From assembly GCA_000708835.1 (NCBI GenBank), contig DF237439.1, forward strand, positions 5,668 through 69,667: a stretch of DNA of 64,000 bases. Direction: 5' to 3'. A program made the translations under genes and the position numbers. Under the pieces are notes generated by a model. That model was not told the origin of the DNA. It saw only the letters and a list, made by a program, of their open reading frames with translations, and made no database searches. This document shows, one piece after another, positions 1 through 9,697 of the stretch (the first letter of the stretch is position 1; each line of letters starts with the position of its first letter). The stretch comes from Klebsormidium nitens. Lineage: Eukaryota; Plantae; Klebsormidiophyceae.

Positions 1-756
1 CCGTGATCCCCTTCACACCGTCCTCCTTCATCCTACGGAGAGCGAGTAGGATGTGTAGCTTCTCCTCCTTGAGGGTAGCGTAGCCAGGGGAGGGTTTTAG
101 TGCTGGAGTCGGAGTCCTAGATCGACGATGGATCTTTCGTGATCTCGGGACGGAGACCAGGCTCGCGGTCTCGCTGTCCGACGCGAACATGGACCCTCTG
201 TCTCTGGGAGAAGGAGACCTCGCCGGTGGAAAACCGCCCGTACGTTGCTTCTGGGGATTGGCCAGATCATCGATCCCGAGCAGGTCGGGGTAGTGGGGTG
301 GTCTCCTTCGGACGTGCTCCCCCTCGGAGCCGTGCTCACTCGGGGCTCGTCCCCAAGCCCTTCCGGGGGCGAGGTCTGGGGTGCTGGACCTGTCCCGACG
401 TGGAGATGGGCTCCTCATGGTAGGTAATTCCTAGGAGGGTACTCGGCGCGACTGGGTTGCCTCTCGATCGGCCGCATGGGACCTTTCGGACGCTCCTCCC
501 AAGCAGGAGGCTGTCTCTCGTTCGGCCGCATGGGACCTTTCGGACGCTCCTCATTCGGACCCTCCCCAGCAGGAGTCCTCGGAGGTGGGTCGTCCAAAGT
601 GGGACTCGGGTTCATGTTGATGCTGACATTGAGATCCGGGCCCGTAGGCTGCGTGGCGATTCGGACGGTGCCCCCCTCACCCTCCCTCTTTACGGACACC
701 AGATTCTGCTGCGTTGGCTGCTTCGTTGGCAGTCCCTCTTGAGACTGCTGCTCCAT
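1..756 (-). pseudogene. NCLDV DUF5767-like protein, frameshifted, running off the window start
   Basis: ATG at 756 (MEQQSQ..). That frame stops at 415, but a second frame is open from 430 to base 1: ..PPHYPDLLGIDDLANPQK..GYATLKEEKLHILLALRRMKEDGVKGSR. This matches my recollection of the LAN-K and GY-x4-EK-x-x-LL-x-L-x-R motifs of this NCLDV family. One extra G at 430-431 (minus strand) joins the two frames. Confidence 0.55.
461..552. repeat. Two 38-bp near-identical copies, period 54 bp (in-frame ERPKGPMRP repeat)
   Basis: ctctcg(a/t)tcggccgcatgggacctttcggacgctcctc at 461-498 and 515-552. Confidence 0.9.
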
Positions 757-900
757 CTTACTCTTGTGAGCCCCATAAAAGATACCGAGCTTCGGACGCA
801 GCACTATAAAGTCGGGTCCAGGGCCCTCATTTCTTCATTCCTCCATAGACGCATACCGCGTTTCATTCCCCTCGATAATATTAGGTGCAGGGTAGCAGAT

Positions 901-1569
901 ATGGCGACCACTCAGACGAACAACCTGCCCGCGCAACAGGTGGTGGCCCCGAAGGCGAAGGTCACTAAGACGGTGGCGGGAACGAAGCGACAGAAGGTGG
1001 CGGCGAAGCCCGAGCAGATTCCTGCGGCAGAGACCGACGGGACGGCCTCTTCGGCACCACAGCCTCCGGCCACCGACATGACTATCCAGGAGGACGGGAT
1101 CATGGACACCGCGGTCTCCAGCGGCGATCCCGTCCTGGGCAAGCTGGACGAAATCATCAAGATGCAGACCAAGATGCAGAGGGCTCAGGCGAAGACCCAG
1201 AAGCAGGTGGCCCTGATCCTCTCTCTGCTGAATGCCGAGGAGGCCGAGAGCGCCGATGGAGAAGAACCCACCGTGGGCAAGAAGAGATCTCGGGCAGTGG
1301 CGACCAAGGCGAAGAAGGAGCCGAGTGGCTTTGCTAAGCCGAGCTATCTGAGCCCAGAGCTGTGCGAATTCTTGGACCTCCCCATCGACAGCCAGCTCCC
1401 TCGCACGGAGGTCACGAAGCGGCTGGTCGCCTACGTGAAGGAGCACGACCTCCAGAAGGAGTCCCCGAACGATCGCGCTTCGTCTTCAGGCCCCTCGTGC
1501 AGAGCGTGGAGAGGTTTCGGCTGGAGCTCGGGGGTTGCTCGAAGTTCCTGGGTTTCCCAGCAGGAGTGA
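901..1569 (+). pseudogene. SWIB/MDM2-domain protein, C-terminally truncated near 1477
   Basis: MATTQ.. followed by KKEPSGFAKPSYLSPELCEFLDLPIDSQLPRTEVTKRLVAYVKEHDLQK, the N-terminal part of a SWIB domain. Similarity ends after ..ESPNDR. Confidence 0.8.
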
Positions 1570-1730
1570 GTTCTTGGAACACCGAAGCAGCGAACGTCGG
1601 GGTGGATCCGAACGATCCGCTGTACGCAGGTGCGCTCGCTTCCCCCAACTACGCTAATCTCTTCGGGGACTCCTACGCCTTCCTCTCGTGCCCCGAGCTG
1701 AACACGAGCTTCCACGAGACCACCTACAAT
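1477..1730 (+). pseudogene. Fragment resembling NCLDV minor-capsid/penton-like proteins
   Basis: RFVF..FRLELGGCSKFLGF..SPNYANLFGDSYAFLSCPELN recalls the LGF..PN..NL.G..Y..L.CPE pattern. It has no start of its own and is flanked by two truncated genes. Confidence 0.35.
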
Positions 1731-2714
1731 CGAGCTGACCAGATGCGTCACTCCCTCCAACCTCCTGCCCTCGAAGAACCACTCGCCGGTGAGGACGGGC
1801 TTACGCGCCGAGAAAAAGGCCCCTAGATCCCCGGCGACGGCCTGTGGCCCGTGCTCCTCGTCGTTCCTGCCACGCAGAGTGAGATTTTGACCTGGTTCGT
1901 GCACCACCCCCAGTGCCTCCGAAGGCTCGAGACGGACGACGAAACCGTCCTCGAGTCTCAGGACGGCGGAGAAACCGTCCAGCAGAGTGGCGCTCCTCAC
2001 GTACTGAGCCTTTGACTGAGACAGAAAGCTGGGAATCACGCAGGTGTCGACGTAACCCGCTATGAGCCACTTCCGTTCTTCTGCACAGAGTATGGGGACT
2101 GCTTCTTCCCAGCGTGCCACGTTCAGGAACTTCATGATCTTCTTCTTCGAGTCAGGAGAGAGCGGGATGGCCTTGGCACAAGTGGCCCTGACGGCCGCCT
2201 GTACCGAAGACTGACAGCATCACAGAAAGTCCAAGATGACATCCCAGGCCTCCTGTGCTCCCTTTGCTACTTCTACTTTGGACCGCAACGAGCGCATCTC
2301 ATCCCCGCACTCAGAGTCTCCAAAGATCTCCTCTTCTACCAGCCCATCAAAGAGCAGATCCTCCAGCGATGATTCGAACGCCACTCGAGCGCTGCGAAAC
2401 GCCATGTGGGCCTGGACTGCAGAGTCCATACAGGTCTTCAAGAGCTGCTCTACTTGGTGATGGCTAGCTTTTGCGGAAGCCACGTCGCCGACCCACCAAG
2501 CTTCCCAAGCTTCTATCAGAGCGTCCAGAGCAGACCTATACAGAGGAACGACTTCTGCGACGCTGAGTTCATACTCGTGGGTCGGAGAGGCATAAACGGA
2601 CACCAAGTGTGCGTGAAGATCCTTTGACGTTATGTAAGAAGTCGGACTGCTGGGCGAAGGAGCGGCGGGCACCTTTTCGAAAAGACTCTCTACCTCGATC
2701 CGAAGACTCGCCAT
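1730..2714 (-). pseudogene. Hypothetical viral gene split by one in-frame TGA (2220-2222)
   Basis: ORFs 2220..2714 and 1431..2135 are in the same frame. The 28 codons between them are open (..ILDFL*CCQSSVQAAVRATCAKAIPLSPDSKKKIMKFLN..). Confidence 0.5.
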
Positions 2715-3635
2715 CGTGGCGTGGAGTTGAGATTGAAAGAATGGTCGGCTCGATATCAGCTTTTATACTCGTGACGTCCGAAAGAAATACCTCGTCCGAA
2801 AAGCGGCGTCCGAAACTCACCTTCTCGGCTCACTGCCACTCTTCCTGTTTTCTCCTTCTCAAGCTCTCCCGCAAACTCTCGTTGCTCTTCCGCCACTTCC
2901 TTCTCTGCCGCTCTTCACGTCCTCTCTTCAACCCCCTCAAATGCAGCATTGTCCGGCAGTCCAGAACAGCACCCCTGCAGCGGGCAGCCAAAAATCTTCA
3001 AGCAACCAATGTGAAACCGAGTTTCTGATGGTGCCTCTGTAAACCTTCATCACTTCCCTGCGAGATGCTATTCAATGCCATCCACGGACAGCCTGGGAGT
3101 ATACAGTCACCCTGCAAGGCAACCAACATTTTTGTGACAATATGGACAAGCCCGAATGTTGTAGAAGGCTGACAGATCTTGTTCCAAGAAAAGGTGACTC
3201 AGGAAGGCATGCTTACTTTTGTGGAAACACAATGCCAGCTTCGTCCAGCAATGCACAGATGTTGCCCTTGCCCACTGTTATTTGAATCTTCTTTTCAATC
3301 GACTGCCTTGACATGCTCCTATCCTATTTGCAGCGGCTATAATGTCTCTTCTGAAGGGTTCATTAATCTGCTGTAATTTCAAACATGCATGTTTCCCGCT
3401 CTTAGTAATCGCACCCTGACCAAGTACATTCGATACTTCCACCTCAAAGTTCCCCCGCCTGCCCTTACTAGCTCTGAGCCATGGTCCTGGCAACACTCTC
3501 CCCTCAGTGACGCAAGCCGCACATTGACACATGATGAAACCAAGCGGATATAGCTGCAGATCCTTACGGCAACGCTTCTTTCTTCCCGGTACAGGCTAAC
3601 AAGCTGGAAATATGGAGTCCTGTCACCGAAAGGGC

Positions 3636-4175
3636 TTAGCATCGCACTTCGACCGGGCACCAGAAAGGCCGCAGGTCTCGGCCGAGAGGCGCCCGGTCGA
3701 AGTATGCACTTGCACTTGCACTTGCAGTTGGCCGACCGGGCACCAGAAAGGCAGCATGTCTCGGCCGAGAGGCGCCCGGTCGAAGTATGCACTTGCACTT
3801 GCACTTGCAGTTGGCCGACCGGGCACCAGAAAGGCAGCAGGTCTCGGCCCTCCTTCCAAGCATGCTCCAATCAGTAGATTCACCATTACATTTCATGAAC
3901 TCCAAAGCCCTCTGCAAACGCTTCAAAACGCCAGTAGCGCTGACATCATCCAGGTCGGCCGCACGTACATCAGCGATCGTCGTCAGTCCCGCCCTATTGA
4001 ACAGTTCGAGCAGGCGGCCATGGCCAACAATCTTCAGATCGCCGAGATCAGCACTACCAGGCATGTTTTGCAATACAATCTCTGACAAAAGATCGAGTTG
4101 TTTACAACCGTCCGATGCGAGTAAGTTATGATAAGGCGAGTTCAGCCTAAACTCGTGCCCGAGACGGAATGACAC
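3636..4175 (-). pseudogene. Hypothetical protein disrupted by an 83-bp tandem duplication
   Basis: Protein-like for about 110 aa (LKIVGHGRLLELFNRAGLTTIADV.., possibly helix-hairpin-helix-like), then enters the 83-bp repeat and changes frame. Confidence 0.4.
3651..3850. repeat. 83-bp tandem repeat, about 2.4 copies, with internal inverted repeats and (TGCACT)3
   Basis: Units start at 3651, 3734 and 3817. acttcgaccgggc (3646-3658) pairs with gcccggtcgaagt (3691-3703). Palindrome tctcggccgaga at 3676-3687. Confidence 0.92.
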
Positions 4176-4490
4176 GTCACATACGGGTACGAAAGGGCTA
4201 CATTCATCATAGTGTCAACTGCTGACCTGTATATGACATCACTATCGTGGTAGGCCCACGTGAATTTCTAATCGGAACGGCTGTCCATCCGGTTGCTGAG
4301 TTGTCAAACCCCCAGCCTACTAGGGCAGTCCTTTCGTGGATATCAGGGCAGTCCTCTTGGAAAGTCTACAAAAGCAGATCAGGGGCCTGTTGCCTCCAAT
4401 CCATTTTTCAGAAACCTCGCACTTCTTGCCTCCAGCAACCACCTTCCATCTGTCCTTCCGTCTGCGGAATACAAGCCCTTGAACAGAATC

Positions 4491-4658
4491 ATGCCTGGAA
4501 AAACCCCCATGACAGGTGACGCCGCAGCCAGGATCCAGTCGGCCACCGCAAAGGCCGGTGATGGAGGGGTACCGAAAGGCAGCTTTGCGGCAAGGGCTCA
4601 AAGTGCAGCTGCTACCAATGTCAACACCAGCGGGTCCCAGCCTTCCGGAAAGAAGTAG
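4491..4658 (+). CDS. Small SMP/LEA-like (seed-maturation-type) hydrophilic protein, 55 aa
   Basis: MTGDAAARIQSATAKAGDGGVPKGSFAARAQSAAATN matches the MT.DAA.RIQS..GSFAARAQSAA family. A GTAAGT donor at 4666 suggests a 3'-UTR intron. Confidence 0.7.
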   Translation: MPGKTPMTGDAAARIQSATAKAGDGGVPKGSFAARAQSAAATNVNTSGSQPSGKK

Positions 4659-4749
4659 CTGCCGCGTAAGTATATGTTTGGGCATCTCTCTCAAGAATCT
4701 GCTTGTCAATTTGTTTGTGCAACCTGGAAGAGGTAGCTATGTCTATGAT

Positions 4750-5060
4750 ATGCACCATCTGAAAGACCGGAAGGTTCTGAGGAAGCCTGAGCTAACCATG
4801 TGATGCTTTCTGTATTCAGGACCTTTCGATTCTTGAGTCCCGTGGGATAGAGTTCTCGAGCAGGTTTGGGTGGACATTGTGAAGCTCCAGTAGAGGCGGG
4901 ATGCACTGCACCATCTCAAGAACTGTAGGGTCCTGAGGAAGCCTGAGCTAACATTGTGTTCCTTTGTTTCTTCAGGACCTTACAGTTCTTGAGATAGTCC
5001 CACGGCATGGAGTACTCAGCAGGGTTGGTTGGACATTGTAATGCTCAGTGGAGGCGTATT
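4750..5060 (+). repeat. Two diverged 156-bp units, each with a branch point, a pyrimidine tract, a CAG acceptor and a 23-bp stem
   Basis: gagctaac..ttcag|gacct at 4820 and 4976. Stem arms 4759-4781/4815-4837 and 4915-4937/4971-4993. Confidence 0.85.
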
Positions 5061-5440
5061 GTACTCGAGGTCTGAGGGACATATGACGCTTTGATTGGCA
5101 AGTACCAGGATAGTCGCATGGCCCAGACATGTTCTTGCCAGCAGGGTACGAGCAGCTATTTTTCTGCTGCATAGAAAGGGACAGAGAGTTATGCGGGACA
5201 TGCTGTATTCTGGCCATTGTTGAAAGTCTGTATCATTTTTTGATCAGGCGGCATGTTATGCTGATTACGCTGCATTGCATTGTGCTCGATGGGGTGTAAG
5301 GCTTGAAAATAATAATCTTGCTATATAGTACCCTTGGCATGCTAAGACAGGCACAATGTAGCATTATATGCAAACACTTGGTTCTGTTCGCAACTTTCGC
5401 TACCCTCGTGCTGATGCCGAATCCTGCCCTGTGTGGAAGG

Positions 5441-5863
5441 ATGATAAAATCCGATGGTGCTTTCGAGACATGGACCGATAAGATGGCAGATGCGAATGCT
5501 ACCAGGAAGACCATGTTTCGGGAGACGAAGTGCACGCCGTTCTGCGAGAAGGCCAAAGAGGGCCTCGAGAGAGGAAGCGAACGTTCCTATCTGTACTTGA
5601 AGGTGAAGGAGAACTCGCCATTCGATGCATATTTGCGCTCCGTACAAGGTGAAATCCTAGGAATCCTCGCGGAGGAAGGAGTGCAAAAACATGTGAGATG
5701 GCCTTACGATACGACCTCGATGGTGCTACGCATCAAGATTCCCATGAGTCACGGACGAATGGATGTGAGATGCTTCGATGCCGATTCTCATGATGCTCTA
5801 CCACCGGCTTCTATCGATGAATGTATGAATATAGCAGTGAAGATGGCCCTCTCCGAAACCTAA
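5441..5863 (+). CDS. Hypothetical viral protein, possibly an NCLDV OB-fold ssDNA-binding protein
   Basis: Intronless ORF. VLRIKIPMSHGRMDVRCFDAD resembles the LR.K.P..G.....FD.D segment of putative NCLDV SSBs. Weak similarity. Confidence 0.35.
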   Translation: MIKSDGAFETWTDKMADANATRKTMFRETKCTPFCEKAKEGLERGSERSYLYLKVKENSPFDAYLRSVQGEILGILAEEGVQKHVRWPYDTTSMVLRIKIPMSHGRMDVRCFDADSHDALPPASIDECMNIAVKMALSET

Positions 5864-5969
5864 GCAATCCGTTCCAAGAATTGCCACCGCCTTTACAACA
5901 AATCTCGCCGCGGAGAGATGGTGCGTCGACTTGGGGCACCCACCGAACACGTAGAAATTAAACCACGGC

Positions 5970-7133
5970 ATGATGATTCTCACGGCGAGCTCCGAGCGCG
6001 TTCGACAGGCGGTGACCAAGTGTTCGCGCGAGCTTTGGTCGCATCAGCTCGCGATGATACACCGTTGCATGAGGCTCGAGCGCGAGGGTCCCGTGTTTGG
6101 AACGTTGTGCGACCCCCCGGGAACCGGCAAGACGCATGCCGTGCTCGGGCTGGTGGCCGCGTCGTCAGGTAACGGCCTTACCGTGATCACGGTGCCACAC
6201 AATATTTCTCACAATGGCGACTCGCTCTGAAGGACTTTGAGCTAAAGGCGCTGACCGTCGTGAATTACGCGGATATATGCTCCCTCTTTTTTGAGTGGGA
6301 CCAACCGTTCAGGAGGGAGTTTTCTCCGCGACTAGAGGGGCTGGATCTGATCCTCGCCTCGGACGTGTGTTTCGATCCCCTCGCGAACAACCTGCAAGAA
6401 GTGGGGATCAAGGTGTCCAGGTTGGTCTTTGACGAAGCAGACACGATCCGCTATTGCGTTCGAAGCCTGGGGGACGCTCGGCATACGTGGCTCGTAACGG
6501 CTTCCTGGACCGAGAACGACGACGGTACTTGGAAGGGGCTACGGTCGGGGCGTCTCGACAGGGTGCAGTGCGAAGCAAACTTCATCGCTTCTAGCATCAC
6601 GTTGCCGATGCCCGTGTACTCGACCATCGTGTGTCGCAGCCTCCACACAGATGCTGTACTGCGGTACGTACTGGACGGAGAGGCACTGGAGGCCGTGAAC
6701 GCCCTGGACTACGCCAGGATCGTCTCGCGGCACAACCCCCGCGCGGTCACCAGCGACGTGGATGCTATAGACGTCCTGTTGAAGGACGCCGTAGGTGATA
6801 CCGAGTCGCTGGAAGAACGCTTGAGGAGCTGTCTCGCGGCGCTGCAGCGGCATGACATTTCGCCTAGGGACGTCAGAGTGTACGAAGCAGAGCGGGAGAG
6901 TGTCACGAGCGCGCTCGAGACTGCTAGGAGGACGGCAGACAACATCCGCGCTCGCCTTCGTGACGCCGAGATGTGTTTGATATGCTACGATGCATTGGTC
7001 GACATCGGGACGAAGGTGATGACCAACTGCTGCCAGAACACTTTTTGCTTGGAATGTGCGAAGGACTGGTGGAGGGGCTCCGCATTCAAGAATTGCCCCG
7101 TCTGTCGAGAGAGACGAGCCTTCGAGGACCTTG
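5970..7133 (+). pseudogene. Viral-type SNF2-family helicase with RING finger; 1-nt frameshift at about 6205; 3' end lost in assembly gap
   Basis: Q-motif LWSHQ, Walker A DPPGTGKT, motif Ia VPHNI(F)SQW (needs one extra T at 6205-6207), Walker B LVFDEAD, motif III LVTAS, and RING CLIC..CCQNTFCLEC..CPVC. Confidence 0.85.
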
Positions 7134-7433
7134 NNNNNNNNNNNNNNNNNNNNNNNNNNNNNNNNNNNNNNNNNNNNNNNNNNNNNNNNNNNNNNNNNNN
7201 NNNNNNNNNNNNNNNNNNNNNNNNNNNNNNNNNNNNNNNNNNNNNNNNNNNNNNNNNNNNNNNNNNNNNNNNNNNNNNNNNNNNNNNNNNNNNNNNNNNN
7301 NNNNNNNNNNNNNNNNNNNNNNNNNNNNNNNNNNNNNNNNNNNNNNNNNNNNNNNNNNNNNNNNNNNNNNNNNNNNNNNNNNNNNNNNNNNNNNNNNNNN
7401 NNNNNNNNNNNNNNNNNNNNNNNNNNNNNNNNN
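7134..7433. other. Assembly gap (300 N)
   Basis: N run. Confidence 1.
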
Positions 7434-7480
7434 TGCACGACGCTACTCAAGTATATTTTCCTCTCGTAAGTTACAGCGGC

Positions 7481-8491
7481 ATGATATCCGACGAAGAAGT
7501 GTACGACGCCGTTCTCGCACTGAGACCTCCGTTGGATCTTCTCCAGCGTGCCGTAGACGAACGCGGTTTCGAAGCACTCGACTACATGCTAGATAGGGAG
7601 TATGACGCGGATGAATCCCTGGAAGAAGCTATGGGGACCGCAGCGAAGCAGACATACGGAGAGCCCGTGGACGTCGGGAGTCTACCCAAGAGACTCGAGG
7701 CACTCGAAGAGCTAGATTCTTGGCGGTCGAAGCAACCGGAAAGGCTCAAGAGAGTCATCCTGTCGGGTGCTTCGCTGCTCGAAGGTGCAGTGAGACGTGC
7801 AGGTTGGACCAAGGCCGATCGCGCGGCTGGGAAGGCCATCGTGGACGCATTCGGCAACCAATCTTTCGTGGCTGCCCTGCGAGGCTTAGAGCTCGACAAG
7901 CGTTCTAAACGCCGGCACGAGGAGCTGCACGCTCCCGCTAGTGGATTCGTACAGATGACGACCCGTCTGAGGGGAAGGAACATGGGTCAGTTCGCGGATA
8001 ACCGGAGAGCGACGGAGTGGTGGACTTCGTCGCACGCGCACGAGCAACTGCGAGATGAACTCTACCGGAAGGAGTATAAGCCCCCACGTTACGTCTCGAT
8101 GCTGCGGTACTTCCTCGCAGCGGGTCTGCGTGCGCCCAGACACCCGAGAGGATTCACACGGCGGTACCTCTACCGCGGCACCGACCGAGTCAATCTGATG
8201 ATAGGTGCGTTGGAAACGACCAGAAAATTCCACGAAAGGTCCTTCTCTTCGTGGACGTGGGACGAGGACGTCGCAGCTTCGTTCGGAGACCGCACCTTGC
8301 GACTGCACTTGTCGGACATCAGGCCCGGAACACCCTGCGTCTGGTTCGGGCTCGGCAACGCGGCATCCCAAGTAGTAGGAGAACGGGAGGTGTTGCTGCC
8401 GCCCGGCAATTTCAGACTTCACAAGAAACAGGGACGCATCTATGACGTCGACTTCGAACCGGAACCCGACTTCATGCGGACGACTGCATGA
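7481..8491 (+). CDS. ADP-ribosyltransferase, R-S-E (ARTC / VIP2-C3-exoenzyme-like) class, about 336 aa
   Basis: C-terminal YLYRGTD (R), FHERSFSSWT (S-x-S) and GEREVLLPPGNF (E-x-E), in canonical order and spacing. The start is the first ATG after the gap, so the true start may lie upstream. Confidence 0.75.
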   Translation: MISDEEVYDAVLALRPPLDLLQRAVDERGFEALDYMLDREYDADESLEEAMGTAAKQTYGEPVDVGSLPKRLEALEELDSWRSKQPERLKRVILSGASLLEGAVRRAGWTKADRAAGKAIVDAFGNQSFVAALRGLELDKRSKRRHEELHAPASGFVQMTTRLRGRNMGQFADNRRATEWWTSSHAHEQLRDELYRKEYKPPRYVSMLRYFLAAGLRAPRHPRGFTRRYLYRGTDRVNLMIGALETTRKFHERSFSSWTWDEDVAASFGDRTLRLHLSDIRPGTPCVWFGLGNAASQVVGEREVLLPPGNFRLHKKQGRIYDVDFEPEPDFMRTTA

Positions 8492-8494
8492 TGT

Positions 8495-9016
8495 CTAGTG
8501 CAGACATGTCTTCACCGAAGCTCTGTCCTTGTATAGGTTCCTGGTCCAGAGACCGGCGCGGCTGAACTGGTTATCCTCTTCCATGATGCACTTTGGATTC
8601 TGGATGTTGTGCCCGTCCACCACCCACTGGGGCCCGATCCTGCTCAGGTCCAAGCTGGTCGTCTCTCCTCTCAACGAGCCCCTGAACTTGGATTCGGGCG
8701 CCGGAACTCCCTTCGATGCCCCTCGTGGCAAGACGAATGGCCCAGTGTCGCGCAGCAATGCCGAATTGGGTACGATACTGGCTCTGAGAACGTGTCCTGC
8801 GCGGTTGGTTATGCCCCGCATGATGGACTCTCTGTCGATCTGCTCCGAGCTATGCGGTGGAAATATGGCATCGCATGTGATGCCTGGAACCGTAGTATCC
8901 AGAGGGCATGCATCCCGCGCGTGATTGATCCTGTCCATGAAATAACGGCCCGGAGCGAGGCTCTGTTGCAATTGATAGTCAATGCTCTCCCTCAACGCCA
9001 TCACTACATTGATCAC
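8495..9016 (-). CDS. Hypothetical NCLDV-like protein with C-terminal R-x-G-x-x-TR motif
   Basis: Intact 173-aa ORF containing SLAPGRY.., IQNPKCI and FSRAGLWTRNLYKD; tightly packed with its neighbours. Confidence 0.55.
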   Translation of the reverse strand: MINVVMALRESIDYQLQQSLAPGRYFMDRINHARDACPLDTTVPGITCDAIFPPHSSEQIDRESIMRGITNRAGHVLRASIVPNSALLRDTGPFVLPRGASKGVPAPESKFRGSLRGETTSLDLSRIGPQWVVDGHNIQNPKCIMEEDNQFSRAGLWTRNLYKDRASVKTCLH

Positions 9017-9036
9017 AACAAAATATTTGCACCGGC

Positions 9037-9435
9037 CTAACGGATTATCACGGTAGCGGAGGGCCGGACTCTACCCATGTCGATAGCCGGTCTCTGGACT
9101 CGGCGAGTCGTGACATACTGTTTGTTTCTCTCTTCCACTCGCGTCGACACGCCTCCTCGAGCATGATTTTCGATCACTATATGATCGTAGAGAGAGCAAG
9201 GGCCATACTTGATATCAGTGGGAGGAAGGAGGTTTATGGTACCGAATCTTTCGTTTATCTGACCCCTCTCCTTGATATCCTTAGGATGCTTCGTAGCAGG
9301 ACGCGTCAGAGTGCTATCGATATCGATCTTACCGATACGACCTTCATTGCCCCTATAAGTGGAGCGCTCGATTAATTCCGTCGAGACACAAGGGATTTTG
9401 GGATCATACGTATTGAAAGGCTCACCGAAGCGCAA
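9037..9435 (-). CDS. Hypothetical NCLDV-like protein with RGGVSTR motif
   Basis: Intact 132-aa ORF with HARGGVSTRVEERN; 20 bp from the previous ORF. Confidence 0.55.
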   Translation of the reverse strand: MRFGEPFNTYDPKIPCVSTELIERSTYRGNEGRIGKIDIDSTLTRPATKHPKDIKERGQINERFGTINLLPPTDIKYGPCSLYDHIVIENHARGGVSTRVEERNKQYVTTRRVQRPAIDMGRVRPSATVIIR

Positions 9436-9697
9436 TTTAGTTTCCGTATTGACTAGCGACCCTGATGGTCGATATTGCGAATCGCACTGCTCATAGACAT
9501 TTCGACATTCCGTCGCAGGACACCTTCATAGGAACAGATATCATCGGAATATATTGATATCATATTATAATGATACATGATAAAGGCCTATATCGCATAC
9601 GTGTATACCGTGCATACTATAACATATTCCAGTAATCAAAGGCATCTGCCTGACCCTTTCGGAGATTTTCGAGAAACTGAAAGAGAACTGCCGGAAC

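Noticed and set aside
3651-3850. CRISPR-like array (palindromic repeats)
   Set aside because: The units are contiguous tandem copies with no unique spacers, there are no cas genes, and the context is eukaryotic.
6260-8491. 743-aa SNF2-RING-ADP-ribosyltransferase fusion in the ORF track
   Set aside because: The two halves are joined only through a 300-N gap whose nominal length is divisible by 3. No real sequence links them, so I treat them as two genes until the gap is closed.
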